A stretch of 64,000 nucleotides of DNA from Bacteroidales bacterium (lineage in GTDB: Bacteria > Bacteroidota > Bacteroidia > Bacteroidales > UBA3663). The notes under the pieces are model-generated. The model made no database searches. It saw nothing but the letters and a program-made list of their open reading frames with translations, and was not told where the DNA came from. Made by a program: the position numbers and the translations under genes. Below, in pieces: positions 18,078 through 26,590 of this stretch (position 1 is its first letter; each line of letters starts with the position of its first letter). The DNA is taken from the NCBI GenBank assembly GCA_017519885.1, contig JAFWRO010000018.1:3325-67324 (forward strand), in the 5' to 3' direction.

Positions 18078-19019
18078 ATGCTCTGGCATTTGTTGGCACT
18101 TCTCGTAGCCTGTATATGGGGCAGCACCTTCGTCGCTTCGAAGGTGCTGCTCAATGCCGGATTGAACCCAGCCGAGATCATGTGCCTGCGATTCATCCTC
18201 GCATGGGTGCTGATGCTGCCGTTGTCCCTGGGCCGACGGAAACGCAGACAGCGCTCCGCCAGGGACGTGCTTTGGGACGAGTTCCTGTTCATCATCCTCG
18301 GTCTTACCGGCGGTTCGCTCTATTTTCTGTCCGAGAACACTGCCGTGAAGCTCACTTCGGCCACTTCGACAGTCGCCCTGATTGTGGGAACGACGCCCAT
18401 TGTCACTGCTCTGATGAACCGAATGGTGCATCATGACGAACATCTCTCCAACCGGTTTCTGGGTGGGTCGCTCGTGGCGGTTATCGGCGTCGCCCTGGTA
18501 GTTTTCAATGGTGTCTTCGTCCTCGACGACGACCCGCTGGTCATTCTTCTCTCGTTTGCAGCAGCAGTAAGCTGGGGCTTCTATAGCCTCGTCATCCGCA
18601 ATGTCGAGCGCCGTCACAGCTCCATCACCATCACGCGCAAGGTATTCTTCTGGGGCGTCATCACCATGCTCCCCACCTGCATCTGGAACATGTATCACAA
18701 CGAAAGCCAGCTTTGCGCACTCGGTCAGGCTGCTGGCGCTCCCGTGGCAGGCTGGTCGCTCCTGCTCCAGCCCACCGTGTTCGGCACGCTGTTCTTCCTC
18801 GGGCTCATCGCCTCGTTCGGCTGTTTCCTACTCTGGAACATTGTCCTCAGGCGCATCGGCATCATCGCAGCAGGCAATTATCTTTACTTCAATCCCGTCA
18901 CTTCACTCATCGCCGCCTATCTGGTGCTCAGCGAGCGCATCACATGGCTCGCCATCCTCGGTTGTCTGCTCACCATCGTCGGCGTTTATCTCTGTAATCA
19001 TGGCAGTACCAAGCATTAA
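18078..19019 (+). CDS. DMT-superfamily (EamA-like) transporter
   Basis: About 10 TM helices in two EamA-like halves. The N-terminus is LLALLVACIWGSTFVASK. Confidence 0.8.
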   Translation: MLWHLLALLVACIWGSTFVASKVLLNAGLNPAEIMCLRFILAWVLMLPLSLGRRKRRQRSARDVLWDEFLFIILGLTGGSLYFLSENTAVKLTSATSTVALIVGTTPIVTALMNRMVHHDEHLSNRFLGGSLVAVIGVALVVFNGVFVLDDDPLVILLSFAAAVSWGFYSLVIRNVERRHSSITITRKVFFWGVITMLPTCIWNMYHNESQLCALGQAAGAPVAGWSLLLQPTVFGTLFFLGLIASFGCFLLWNIVLRRIGIIAAGNYLYFNPVTSLIAAYLVLSERITWLAILGCLLTIVGVYLCNHGSTKH

Positions 19020-19056
19020 ATCCCTGATTGTCGATGCCCTCATTGGCAAGATAGAT

Positions 19057-19545
19057 ATGATGCGCGTAAAACGCGAGTTCATATTGGAGAAATTCATCAA
19101 GATACACAAGCCTGTAAACCTGCGCGGAATTCCGCGCAGTCACACGCCCTACGACGAATTCGTGCAGAGCCTCTATCGCCTTGGGGTGACACAGGATGAG
19201 CTTGAGCAATGGGACCAGGCTTGGGAAGAGCTGGTGCATACGTGCGAGAAGCGCGCCAAGAAGCGTGCGCTCAATGAGGTCAGCATCGAGACCCTCCTCA
19301 AGGCAAAGCTCAAGGGCACGGACATCCGCTATCACATGCGCAAGCAGCAGTATCGTGTCGCCCTCACCCTCACCATGGGCCACTACACCCAGGCAACCTT
19401 CTACATCCAGCACAGCAAGTTCCGCGAACAGCTCGACATGGTGCTACCTGCAGTCAACCAACTCAACCAGCTGATGGACGAACTTGGCCAACCCATCCGT
19501 GTCCGTAACCGCGACTATCACATCAACTGGAATGAGCCGGAATAA
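19057..19545 (+). CDS. hypothetical protein (162 aa, helical and charged)
   Basis: Only an open frame after the EamA stop supports it, and I recognise no family. An alternative ATG at 19000 would overlap the transporter gene. Confidence 0.4.
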   Translation: MMRVKREFILEKFIKIHKPVNLRGIPRSHTPYDEFVQSLYRLGVTQDELEQWDQAWEELVHTCEKRAKKRALNEVSIETLLKAKLKGTDIRYHMRKQQYRVALTLTMGHYTQATFYIQHSKFREQLDMVLPAVNQLNQLMDELGQPIRVRNRDYHINWNEPE

Positions 19546-19572
19546 ACTCGCAATACCTTTATAATATATTAA

Positions 19573-19617
19573 AGGAACAGGAATCGTCCTATACAAGAGA
19601 GGGCAATTCCTGTTCCT
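19573..19617. terminator. hairpin between convergent genes
   Basis: 12 bp stem AGGAACAGGAAT/ATTCCTGTTCCT with a 21 nt loop and A/T-rich flanks. Confidence 0.5.
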
Positions 19618-19636
19618 AAATTTATACAATTATTGA

Positions 19637-21550
19637 TTATCTGACCATGAACTTCCGTCCATCGCGAATATAGATACCTCGTGGCAAACTGCCTTCAATG
19701 GAACCAAACTTTCGTCCGCTTAAGTCAAAAATCAGGCCTTTGCCTTCATTTGTATCTGTGATGCTATGGATTCCCGCCACTTCACTGATAATCTGTGTAG
19801 GCTCGGTCTTCCCTTCCACGTAATATCCATGGTTCACAAAGGCTACGCCGTCGTAGATCTTGTTGTTGCCCCCGTTCTTCGAGATGATGAGGTACTGCGG
19901 GGCTTCGTTGACCTTGGTGATTACATATTTATATACGTAGCTGCCCGTTTCGGTTTGTCCCATCAGCGACATTCCGTCACCGGGCCACGACGTGTTGTTG
20001 CAATAGGCTTCTCCACCTCCCAGGTTGCCCCATACCCAAACGCTGTAGGCATCGGCCGAAGTGGTTTCGAAGAAGATGCTGATCTCGTCGCTGCTGTCCA
20101 ACTTGGGAGTATAGGCTTCGATGGGTGGCAGTTCCTCCTCGGAGAAGGTTCCGCGCACATACACCCGATAACCCTTGGCCTCGAGGCTGAAGGTCTGCGT
20201 GGCAGAAAGGTTCTCCTGCTTGCGGCTCGTTCCCTGTGCAATGGTCTCGCTGTTGAGCCAAAGGCTCCAAGCCCCAGCGTTGAGTCCCGTGAGGGTAGCT
20301 TGTCCGTCGGTTGTAGCCAGGTTGAGGATGACGAGCACTTCACTGTCGTTCATCTTCTTGGTATAGGCCAGGACGCTCGTGTTGTTGGTCACGGTCACCC
20401 AGTTGACCTCTACCCGGTCGCTCAACGCTTCGGACGAATGTTTCAGTGCGGACAAGGTGCGAAGGGTGTTCAGCATCTTGTTGTCGGGACTTCCCCAATT
20501 GATCTTCGTGTCGCTGAAGTAGTCGAGTATCTGATTGCCGCCCGTCTCCTGTCCGTTGTAGATGAGGGGCATACCGTAGATGGTAAAGGTCAGCACCGTG
20601 AGTGGATAACGGTTCTGTCCGTACATCTGCGTGAGCGTCTTGCCGCCATCGTTGAAGTTCTGGTCGTGATTGGTGAGATAGACCATTCGTTCGAACGACT
20701 GTGAAGCGGAATTGTTGATCAGGGTGTTCGAAAAAGCCTTCAGTCTGGCCGAAGCATTTCCCGAAGGACCGAAGTTGGCCAGATCGCTCTGGAACTTCCA
20801 GGCATAGTCGTAGTCGAAGCCTACGTCCTTGAGGCGTGTTGCATCCTGTTCGATGTCTGCTTCACCGAGGAAGGTGATGTTCTTGCCTTCCTTGTACGAC
20901 TTGATGAGAGGGATGGCCGTCTGCCAGTAGGAGGTAGGGATGCGTGGACTGCTGATGTAGTCGCAACGGTATCCGTCGATGTCGGCCTCGTCGATCCAGA
21001 ATTTCAGGCAGTCGTTCATGGCGTCCACCAGTCCGGCGTTGTTGTAGTCGAGCTGCCACACGTCGCTGTAGTTGTTCGGATGGATCATCTGTCCGCCGAT
21101 CTTGGCATAGTATTCGGGATGCGAGGTAACCCAGTCGGCATTTGTTGCCGTGTGGTTGGGCACCCAGTCGAGCCAGACTTCCATCTGCAGTTCATGGGCA
21201 CGCTGGACGAAGGCCTTAAGGTCGCTGACGCTGCCGTATTTCGGATTCACCTGCTGGAAGTTGGTGGCAGCATAAGGGCTGCCCGAGGTGCCACGCGGAT
21301 AGATGGGCATCAGCCAGACGATATCTATGCCGGTCTGCTTCAGTTCGGCAAGGCGTTCCTGTGCGGCATTCAGTGTGCCGGCTGCTGTGAACGAGCCTAC
21401 GTTCATCTCGTAGATGACGCGCCTGCCCTCGGCATTCTTTGTCGAAGCATTGTTGATGTCGTCCACATAGTCGGCAGCCTGCATCCTGCCCGCCGAAAGC
21501 ACGAGCATCAATAAGGCAGCGAATAACGTAAAGTGTCTGAATGGTTTCAT
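19637..21550 (-). CDS. GH13 alpha-amylase with a C-terminal starch-binding-like module and a T9SS-type C-terminal tail
   Basis: GH13 regions WLDWVPNHT and GYRCDY with a signal peptide. The C-terminal module is VWVWGN...SWPGDGM. The last ~40 aa (GLIFDLSGRKF...GIYIRDGRKFMV) resemble a Por/T9SS sorting domain. Confidence 0.85.
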   Translation of the reverse strand: MKPFRHFTLFAALLMLVLSAGRMQAADYVDDINNASTKNAEGRRVIYEMNVGSFTAAGTLNAAQERLAELKQTGIDIVWLMPIYPRGTSGSPYAATNFQQVNPKYGSVSDLKAFVQRAHELQMEVWLDWVPNHTATNADWVTSHPEYYAKIGGQMIHPNNYSDVWQLDYNNAGLVDAMNDCLKFWIDEADIDGYRCDYISSPRIPTSYWQTAIPLIKSYKEGKNITFLGEADIEQDATRLKDVGFDYDYAWKFQSDLANFGPSGNASARLKAFSNTLINNSASQSFERMVYLTNHDQNFNDGGKTLTQMYGQNRYPLTVLTFTIYGMPLIYNGQETGGNQILDYFSDTKINWGSPDNKMLNTLRTLSALKHSSEALSDRVEVNWVTVTNNTSVLAYTKKMNDSEVLVILNLATTDGQATLTGLNAGAWSLWLNSETIAQGTSRKQENLSATQTFSLEAKGYRVYVRGTFSEEELPPIEAYTPKLDSSDEISIFFETTSADAYSVWVWGNLGGGEAYCNNTSWPGDGMSLMGQTETGSYVYKYVITKVNEAPQYLIISKNGGNNKIYDGVAFVNHGYYVEGKTEPTQIISEVAGIHSITDTNEGKGLIFDLSGRKFGSIEGSLPRGIYIRDGRKFMVR

Positions 21551-21568
21551 AGTCGTCACCTGTTTGTT

Positions 21569-22954
21569 TTACTTTTTCTTGTAGATGGCGTAGCCTTTGG
21601 CTTCCAGTTCGATGGGTGTCGTTCCCGAGAGGGAGGTCTGTGTAAGTGCAGGGCCTTCGGCGATTGTCCGGCTGTTGAGGCAGACATCATAGTTCCCCTT
21701 CTCCAGGCTCGAAAGAGTGGTCTGCTGGTCGGTTTCGCCAAAGTTCAGTACAACCACGATGTTGCCGCGCTGGTAGGCCATCATCGATGGGTTTCCGGTC
21801 GTCAGGAACTCCACGGGCGAAGCTGCCGAGAGTGCCGTCTCTGTATGATGCAGGGCTATGAGCGAACGCACGGTGTTCAGCATCTTGGGGTCCACCTGGT
21901 CCCACTTTACCTTGGCATCGGTGAAGTAGTTCAAGGTATCGGGGTCGCCGATTTCCTGGCCCTGATAGATCAAAGGCATACCGTAGAGCGTGAACTGAAG
22001 TACGGAGAGTGCATATCGGTTGTCGCCGTAGAAGTCACGCAGCGTGTGACCACCGTCGTTGTAGTTCTGGTCGTGGTTGGTCAGATAGACCATACGCTTG
22101 TTCTTGATGGCCTTCGAGGCATCGAGGAACTGCTGGCAGATGGCTTGCAGCGAATCGGCCTGTGTGCCTTTTGCGCCAAACTTATATGCCAGGCGTCCTT
22201 GGAAGCCCCAGGCATAGTCGTAGTCGAAACCGCAGGAATCGATGCGTCGGCTATTGGGGTCGCTGATGTCTGTTTCGCTCAGGAATTCGATGGTCTTGCC
22301 CTGGCTCTTCAGTTCGGCAATGATGTCCTGCCAATAGCGAACAGGGATGGTGGGGCTCGTCACGTAGTCGCAACGATAGCCATCGACGTCGCACGAATCA
22401 ATCCAGAACTTCAGCGTGCTGTTCATCTCGTTCACCAGACCCTTGTCCTGGTAGTTCAGCTGGAAGACGTCGTTCCATCCGTGTGGATTGATCATCTTTC
22501 TCTTGGCGTCCTTCGTGAAGTACTCGGGATGTGTCTTGACCCAGGGATTCTCCACGGCAACGTGGTTGGGCACCCAGTCGAGCCACACTTTCATACCGTG
22601 CTCGTGGGCTGCTGCCACAAAAGCCTTGAGGTCGTCGATGGTTCCATAGGCGGGATTGACCTCACGGAAGTTCATCGAGGCGTAGGGACTCATCTTGGTG
22701 GCACCACGTGGATAGGTGGGCATCAGCCAGAGGATGTCAGCACCCAGTGTCTCGAGTCGTCCCAGCTGCTCCTGGGCAGCCTTGAAGGTTCCCTCGGGAG
22801 TGAAGGCTCCGATGTTCATCTGGTAGATGATGCGGTTCTCGGTCGAAACGGGCTTGGTGTTGTCTACCGTAAACTGGACTTCCCTGCTCGGGTTGCAGGC
22901 TGCCAGAAGCAGCACTGCAACGAGCATCAGGGATGAAAGGATATTCTTGCGCAT
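21569..22954 (-). CDS. GH13 alpha-amylase, lipoprotein
   Basis: Lipobox LLLAAC. GH13 regions WLDWVPNHV and GYRCDY. Confidence 0.85.
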   Translation of the reverse strand: MRKNILSSLMLVAVLLLAACNPSREVQFTVDNTKPVSTENRIIYQMNIGAFTPEGTFKAAQEQLGRLETLGADILWLMPTYPRGATKMSPYASMNFREVNPAYGTIDDLKAFVAAAHEHGMKVWLDWVPNHVAVENPWVKTHPEYFTKDAKRKMINPHGWNDVFQLNYQDKGLVNEMNSTLKFWIDSCDVDGYRCDYVTSPTIPVRYWQDIIAELKSQGKTIEFLSETDISDPNSRRIDSCGFDYDYAWGFQGRLAYKFGAKGTQADSLQAICQQFLDASKAIKNKRMVYLTNHDQNYNDGGHTLRDFYGDNRYALSVLQFTLYGMPLIYQGQEIGDPDTLNYFTDAKVKWDQVDPKMLNTVRSLIALHHTETALSAASPVEFLTTGNPSMMAYQRGNIVVVLNFGETDQQTTLSSLEKGNYDVCLNSRTIAEGPALTQTSLSGTTPIELEAKGYAIYKKK

Positions 22955-22969
22955 AGCGTTCGAAGGTTA

Positions 22970-24646
22970 TCAGTTAGCCGTGAAGGTATAGCTTTGGTTG
23001 GCCACTACTGCGGCGATGTCCTGCTGCACGCCGTCACCATCTCCATTGAGTATCAGGTTGTAGGTGCCGCCGTCGTTGGGCAATGGGAATACCAGTGTGC
23101 CGTTCTCGTTCGAAGAAGGAGTGATGCCACGCCAGCCGCCGTAGATCTCGCCGTCACCCCAGGCATAGAGGTGTGGATTGGCGTAGCCGGCATTGTTCTG
23201 GATGGTTACGGTGTTGGGCGATTCCACCCAGTCGGAGCTGACTTCGAAGAAGTGGCTGCCTGTGGTTGTCAGGGCTGGGCCATCGATCTGCTGACCTGCA
23301 CCGTTGTCGTTCAGTATGAGGTTGAAGGAGCCACCTGCCGGCAACTCGTAGAGGTTCCAACCGTTGTCGGTCACCTTGACTGGAGCTGCACCTGGCCATT
23401 CGCCACAGGCTTCGCTGTCACCGTATGCATAGAGGTGAGGCTCGTTGTAGCCGATGGTGTTCTTGATGGCAATGACAACCTTGTCGCCTGTGGGTTGTGG
23501 CTGTGGCTCGGGATCGGTTCCTGGTGTGTCGCCACCGCCCTGGTAGTCCTTGCTGATTACCTCATAGCCGCCATCGAAGATGCGCAGATAGATGTCGTGG
23601 TCGATGGTGAAGTTGAGGTCACCGCCTTCCCACTGCACGCCGCCGCCGTTGTTGTTGGGGATGAGGTTGAGGTTCAGGCCGGTGTTGGCCTCGCCAAGGT
23701 CGAAGTAGGTATACTCCAGTCCGTTGATGGTCTGTGTGCCTGTGGGTGCCATACCTGGCCAACCGCCGAAGGCTTCGGCATCGCCCCATGCATAGAGTGC
23801 CAGTTCGGCCTGGCTCGACTCGTTGAGGACGAAGAGGGCATAGCCGTCGTGCTGCACGGTAGGCTCAAGACCAATCTCCTCCACGCCGTCAGCAGTAACG
23901 AGCAGGTAGATGTCGCGGTCGATGGTGAAGTTGAAGTCGGCCAGCTGCGAACCGTTGCCACCGTTGTTGAAGATGAGGTTCTCGTTGAGGCCGGTGTTGG
24001 CAGCACCCATGTCGAAGTACTTCCATACGACGCCACCCTTCTCCCAGGTGCCTGTTGGGTTCATGCCCGGCCAGTCACCGTTGAGGTTGTTGATGTCGCC
24101 CCACATGTAGAGCGTCAGGGCATCCCAGCCCGTCTGGTCATCCACATAGACTACGAAACCGTCGTGTTCGGGCTCTGGCTTTTCGCCTCCGCTCCAGTAA
24201 TAGCTCTCCCACCGCTGTCCCCAGACATTGGCAAATGTGCCGACACCTGGATTGTCGAAATGGGTGGCAAGTTCGCCCGAAGTGGTGTATTCCATACCCT
24301 GTGTGGCGGAATAGAATCGGTAGCCGTCGGCAAGTGTCTTGCCGCCTACGAAAGTGCTCGGATTGAGATAGACGCCAAACTTCACGTCGCTTTCGGGAGC
24401 CTTGGTCAAAAGGAACTCCGGCTGTCCGATGGCTGCGCTATCGCCGTTGAATGCACCCACAATGTAGATCTCCTCGTCAACTGTGGTGCCAAAAGGCGCA
24501 ATGAACTCGAGCAGGACACGGTCGGCCTGCGTCGGGAACTGCTGACGCTCATGCGGGAACACGATCTCCTCATTGTCGGAACAACTGCTCATCATTCCGG
24601 TAAGAGCCAGCAGCGCCAATACCAGACTATATAATTTCTTATTCAT
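22970..24646 (-). CDS. SusE/SusF-like surface starch-binding lipoprotein with four repeated CBM-like modules
   Basis: Lipobox MMSSC. It lies directly downstream of susD. Four ~70-90 aa repeats carry the signature LY[AM][WY]GD....[WG]WPG. Confidence 0.7.
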   Translation of the reverse strand: MNKKLYSLVLALLALTGMMSSCSDNEEIVFPHERQQFPTQADRVLLEFIAPFGTTVDEEIYIVGAFNGDSAAIGQPEFLLTKAPESDVKFGVYLNPSTFVGGKTLADGYRFYSATQGMEYTTSGELATHFDNPGVGTFANVWGQRWESYYWSGGEKPEPEHDGFVVYVDDQTGWDALTLYMWGDINNLNGDWPGMNPTGTWEKGGVVWKYFDMGAANTGLNENLIFNNGGNGSQLADFNFTIDRDIYLLVTADGVEEIGLEPTVQHDGYALFVLNESSQAELALYAWGDAEAFGGWPGMAPTGTQTINGLEYTYFDLGEANTGLNLNLIPNNNGGGVQWEGGDLNFTIDHDIYLRIFDGGYEVISKDYQGGGDTPGTDPEPQPQPTGDKVVIAIKNTIGYNEPHLYAYGDSEACGEWPGAAPVKVTDNGWNLYELPAGGSFNLILNDNGAGQQIDGPALTTTGSHFFEVSSDWVESPNTVTIQNNAGYANPHLYAWGDGEIYGGWRGITPSSNENGTLVFPLPNDGGTYNLILNGDGDGVQQDIAAVVANQSYTFTAN

Positions 24647-24667
24647 GACTTTCAGTATTTTGATGGA

Positions 24668-26491
24668 TTAATAGTTTGGATTCTGAATAAGGCCGGGATT
24701 AACGGCGAGAGCCGACTGTGGCAGTGGATACCACTCGTACTTGCGGTCGCGCTGGGTTGGCAGGCTGACACCATCTTCGGTGGCACGGCCCCAGAACCAC
24801 CACTGGCCCTGTGTGAATTTGTCGAAACGGCGCAGGTCGGTGCGACGGCGATTGCCTTCGCCCAGATATTCCTTGCCCCACTCTGAGAGCACCCAGTCGA
24901 GGTTGAAATCGCTGAAGCCAGGACCAGGGATGCTGAGTGCACTGGCGCGGTCGCTGCTCTTGAAGTAACGTGTGCGGATGGCATCGATGTAGTTCTTTGC
25001 TTCGGCGCTGTTGCCCTTGCGCATCTCGCATTCGGCAACGTTGAGATAAGCCTCGGCCAGACGGAACTGTACATCGTCGATGCTCTTGAAGCCGCCACGG
25101 TCGTCGTTGGGGTAGAGGGGATATTTCACGAGGCGAACACCCGAGTTGGTCTCACCCCAGCGGGGGTTCATGACAACGTCAAGGTTGCGGCCCAGGTTGA
25201 GGAACGTGCCGAGCTGGTCGACATAGACAAGGTCCTGGCCATCGCGGTCGGCATCAGCCTTCAGCACATCGCCGGTTCCGAAGTTGGCACGAATGGTGCC
25301 CTTGAGGAACATGCCTGGACCATGTGTCTTGGTGTTGGCATCATATACGTAGTTCTGCTTGCGTATGTCGCGATTGTCGAAACGCTCATAGGGAGCACCC
25401 AGCTTGTCGCCGTAGGGAGCATCGAGGAAGCAGCGGCCTCCATCTGTGCCACCTGTGGGAAGAACGGTACCGTAGTTGTCGTACGAAGGAACCAGGCAGA
25501 CGCAGTTCCATGCGCCGATTCCGTCGTACGACTGTCCGAAGTAGTCGGCATAACCATACCACATGCCCACCATGGTGCGCACATTCGAAATGGCGTTGGC
25601 AGCACCTTGGCCATCCTCGGCAGCAAGTGCGAAGATCACCTCAGGGCTCTTCACGTTGTCGATGCTGTAGATGTTGCGGTAGTTGTCGTCGAGGGCGTAG
25701 TTGCCGTAGTTGCCTGCGATGATTTCCTTCGAAAGGGCCTCGCACTCATCGAAGTGTGCTTCGCCGATGAAGACCTGTGCATTGAGCAAGAGACGGGCCT
25801 TCAGCAGGCGGTTCATGCCCTGGTTGGCACGGTTCACCATCGTGTGGTTGGCATCGTCCTTGGCCAGTGAGCCGACGGTCTCGTCGAGTTCGGTGGCGAT
25901 GAAGTCGTAGATCATCTTGCACGAGGTGTTCCAGTCGGGATCGGCAGTGCCGGGCACTTCGCTCGAAGCCGATGTGTTGAGCGGAAGGGCACCACCCCAG
26001 AGCTCGAAGATGCAATAGTAGTTCCATGCACGGATGGTACGCACCTCGGCCACGTATTGCGCCAGCTTCTCGGGTGTCATGCCCAGGCTGGCTGCATCGA
26101 GGCCTTCAAGGTCGCTCAGCAGCAGGTTGGCCAGACCGACAGCGGTCCAGGCACCCGACCAGGCATTGTTGATGATGGTCGATTCGGAAGTCCAGTTGTG
26201 CCACGAAAGCACGGTCTTCATGGCCTCGTCCCATCCCCACTGTCCTCCATTCCATACACGCCAGGTGATCTGGTCGGAAGGATACTCGGAAAGGTGGAAG
26301 AAGTTCTCGCCAGCAAGGGTCGAGGATGTCTGGTTGTAGATGGCAGCTACGGCTCCCTTTACGCTGGCTTCATTCTGATAATACACACTCGCATCGATAC
26401 GGTCGTACACCTTTTCGTCGAGGTCGGTGCAGGCGGTGAGCCCGGCCAGGAGGCCTACGGCACCGCAGATAGCATATTTAAAGGTATTCAT
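24668..26491 (-). CDS. susD: RagB/SusD-family nutrient-binding outer-membrane lipoprotein
   Basis: Lipobox GLTAC with TPR-like SusD architecture. It is downstream partner of the SusC gene in a GH97/GH13 locus. Confidence 0.9.
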   Translation of the reverse strand: MNTFKYAICGAVGLLAGLTACTDLDEKVYDRIDASVYYQNEASVKGAVAAIYNQTSSTLAGENFFHLSEYPSDQITWRVWNGGQWGWDEAMKTVLSWHNWTSESTIINNAWSGAWTAVGLANLLLSDLEGLDAASLGMTPEKLAQYVAEVRTIRAWNYYCIFELWGGALPLNTSASSEVPGTADPDWNTSCKMIYDFIATELDETVGSLAKDDANHTMVNRANQGMNRLLKARLLLNAQVFIGEAHFDECEALSKEIIAGNYGNYALDDNYRNIYSIDNVKSPEVIFALAAEDGQGAANAISNVRTMVGMWYGYADYFGQSYDGIGAWNCVCLVPSYDNYGTVLPTGGTDGGRCFLDAPYGDKLGAPYERFDNRDIRKQNYVYDANTKTHGPGMFLKGTIRANFGTGDVLKADADRDGQDLVYVDQLGTFLNLGRNLDVVMNPRWGETNSGVRLVKYPLYPNDDRGGFKSIDDVQFRLAEAYLNVAECEMRKGNSAEAKNYIDAIRTRYFKSSDRASALSIPGPGFSDFNLDWVLSEWGKEYLGEGNRRRTDLRRFDKFTQGQWWFWGRATEDGVSLPTQRDRKYEWYPLPQSALAVNPGLIQNPNY

Positions 26492-26508
26492 TGTTGTAGA
26501 GTTATGAA

Positions 26509-26590
26509 TGGTTGCTCACTTCGTTGCGCGCGAGCAAAGCTCGGAGCGAAATGTTCGAAATGTTTGAAATGTTCGAAGAGTTCGAAAGGT
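26509..26590. repeat. repeat element between susC and susD: conserved core (GGTTGCTCACTTCG..GCGCGCGAGCAAAGCTCGGAGCGAA) plus TTCGAA-type phased array
   Basis: The core 26510-26550 matches 35081-35121 (24 of 25 identical in the 3' block). The array ATGTTCGAA ATGTTTGAA ATGTTCGAAG AGTTCGAAAGG occupies 26551-26590. Confidence 0.85.
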
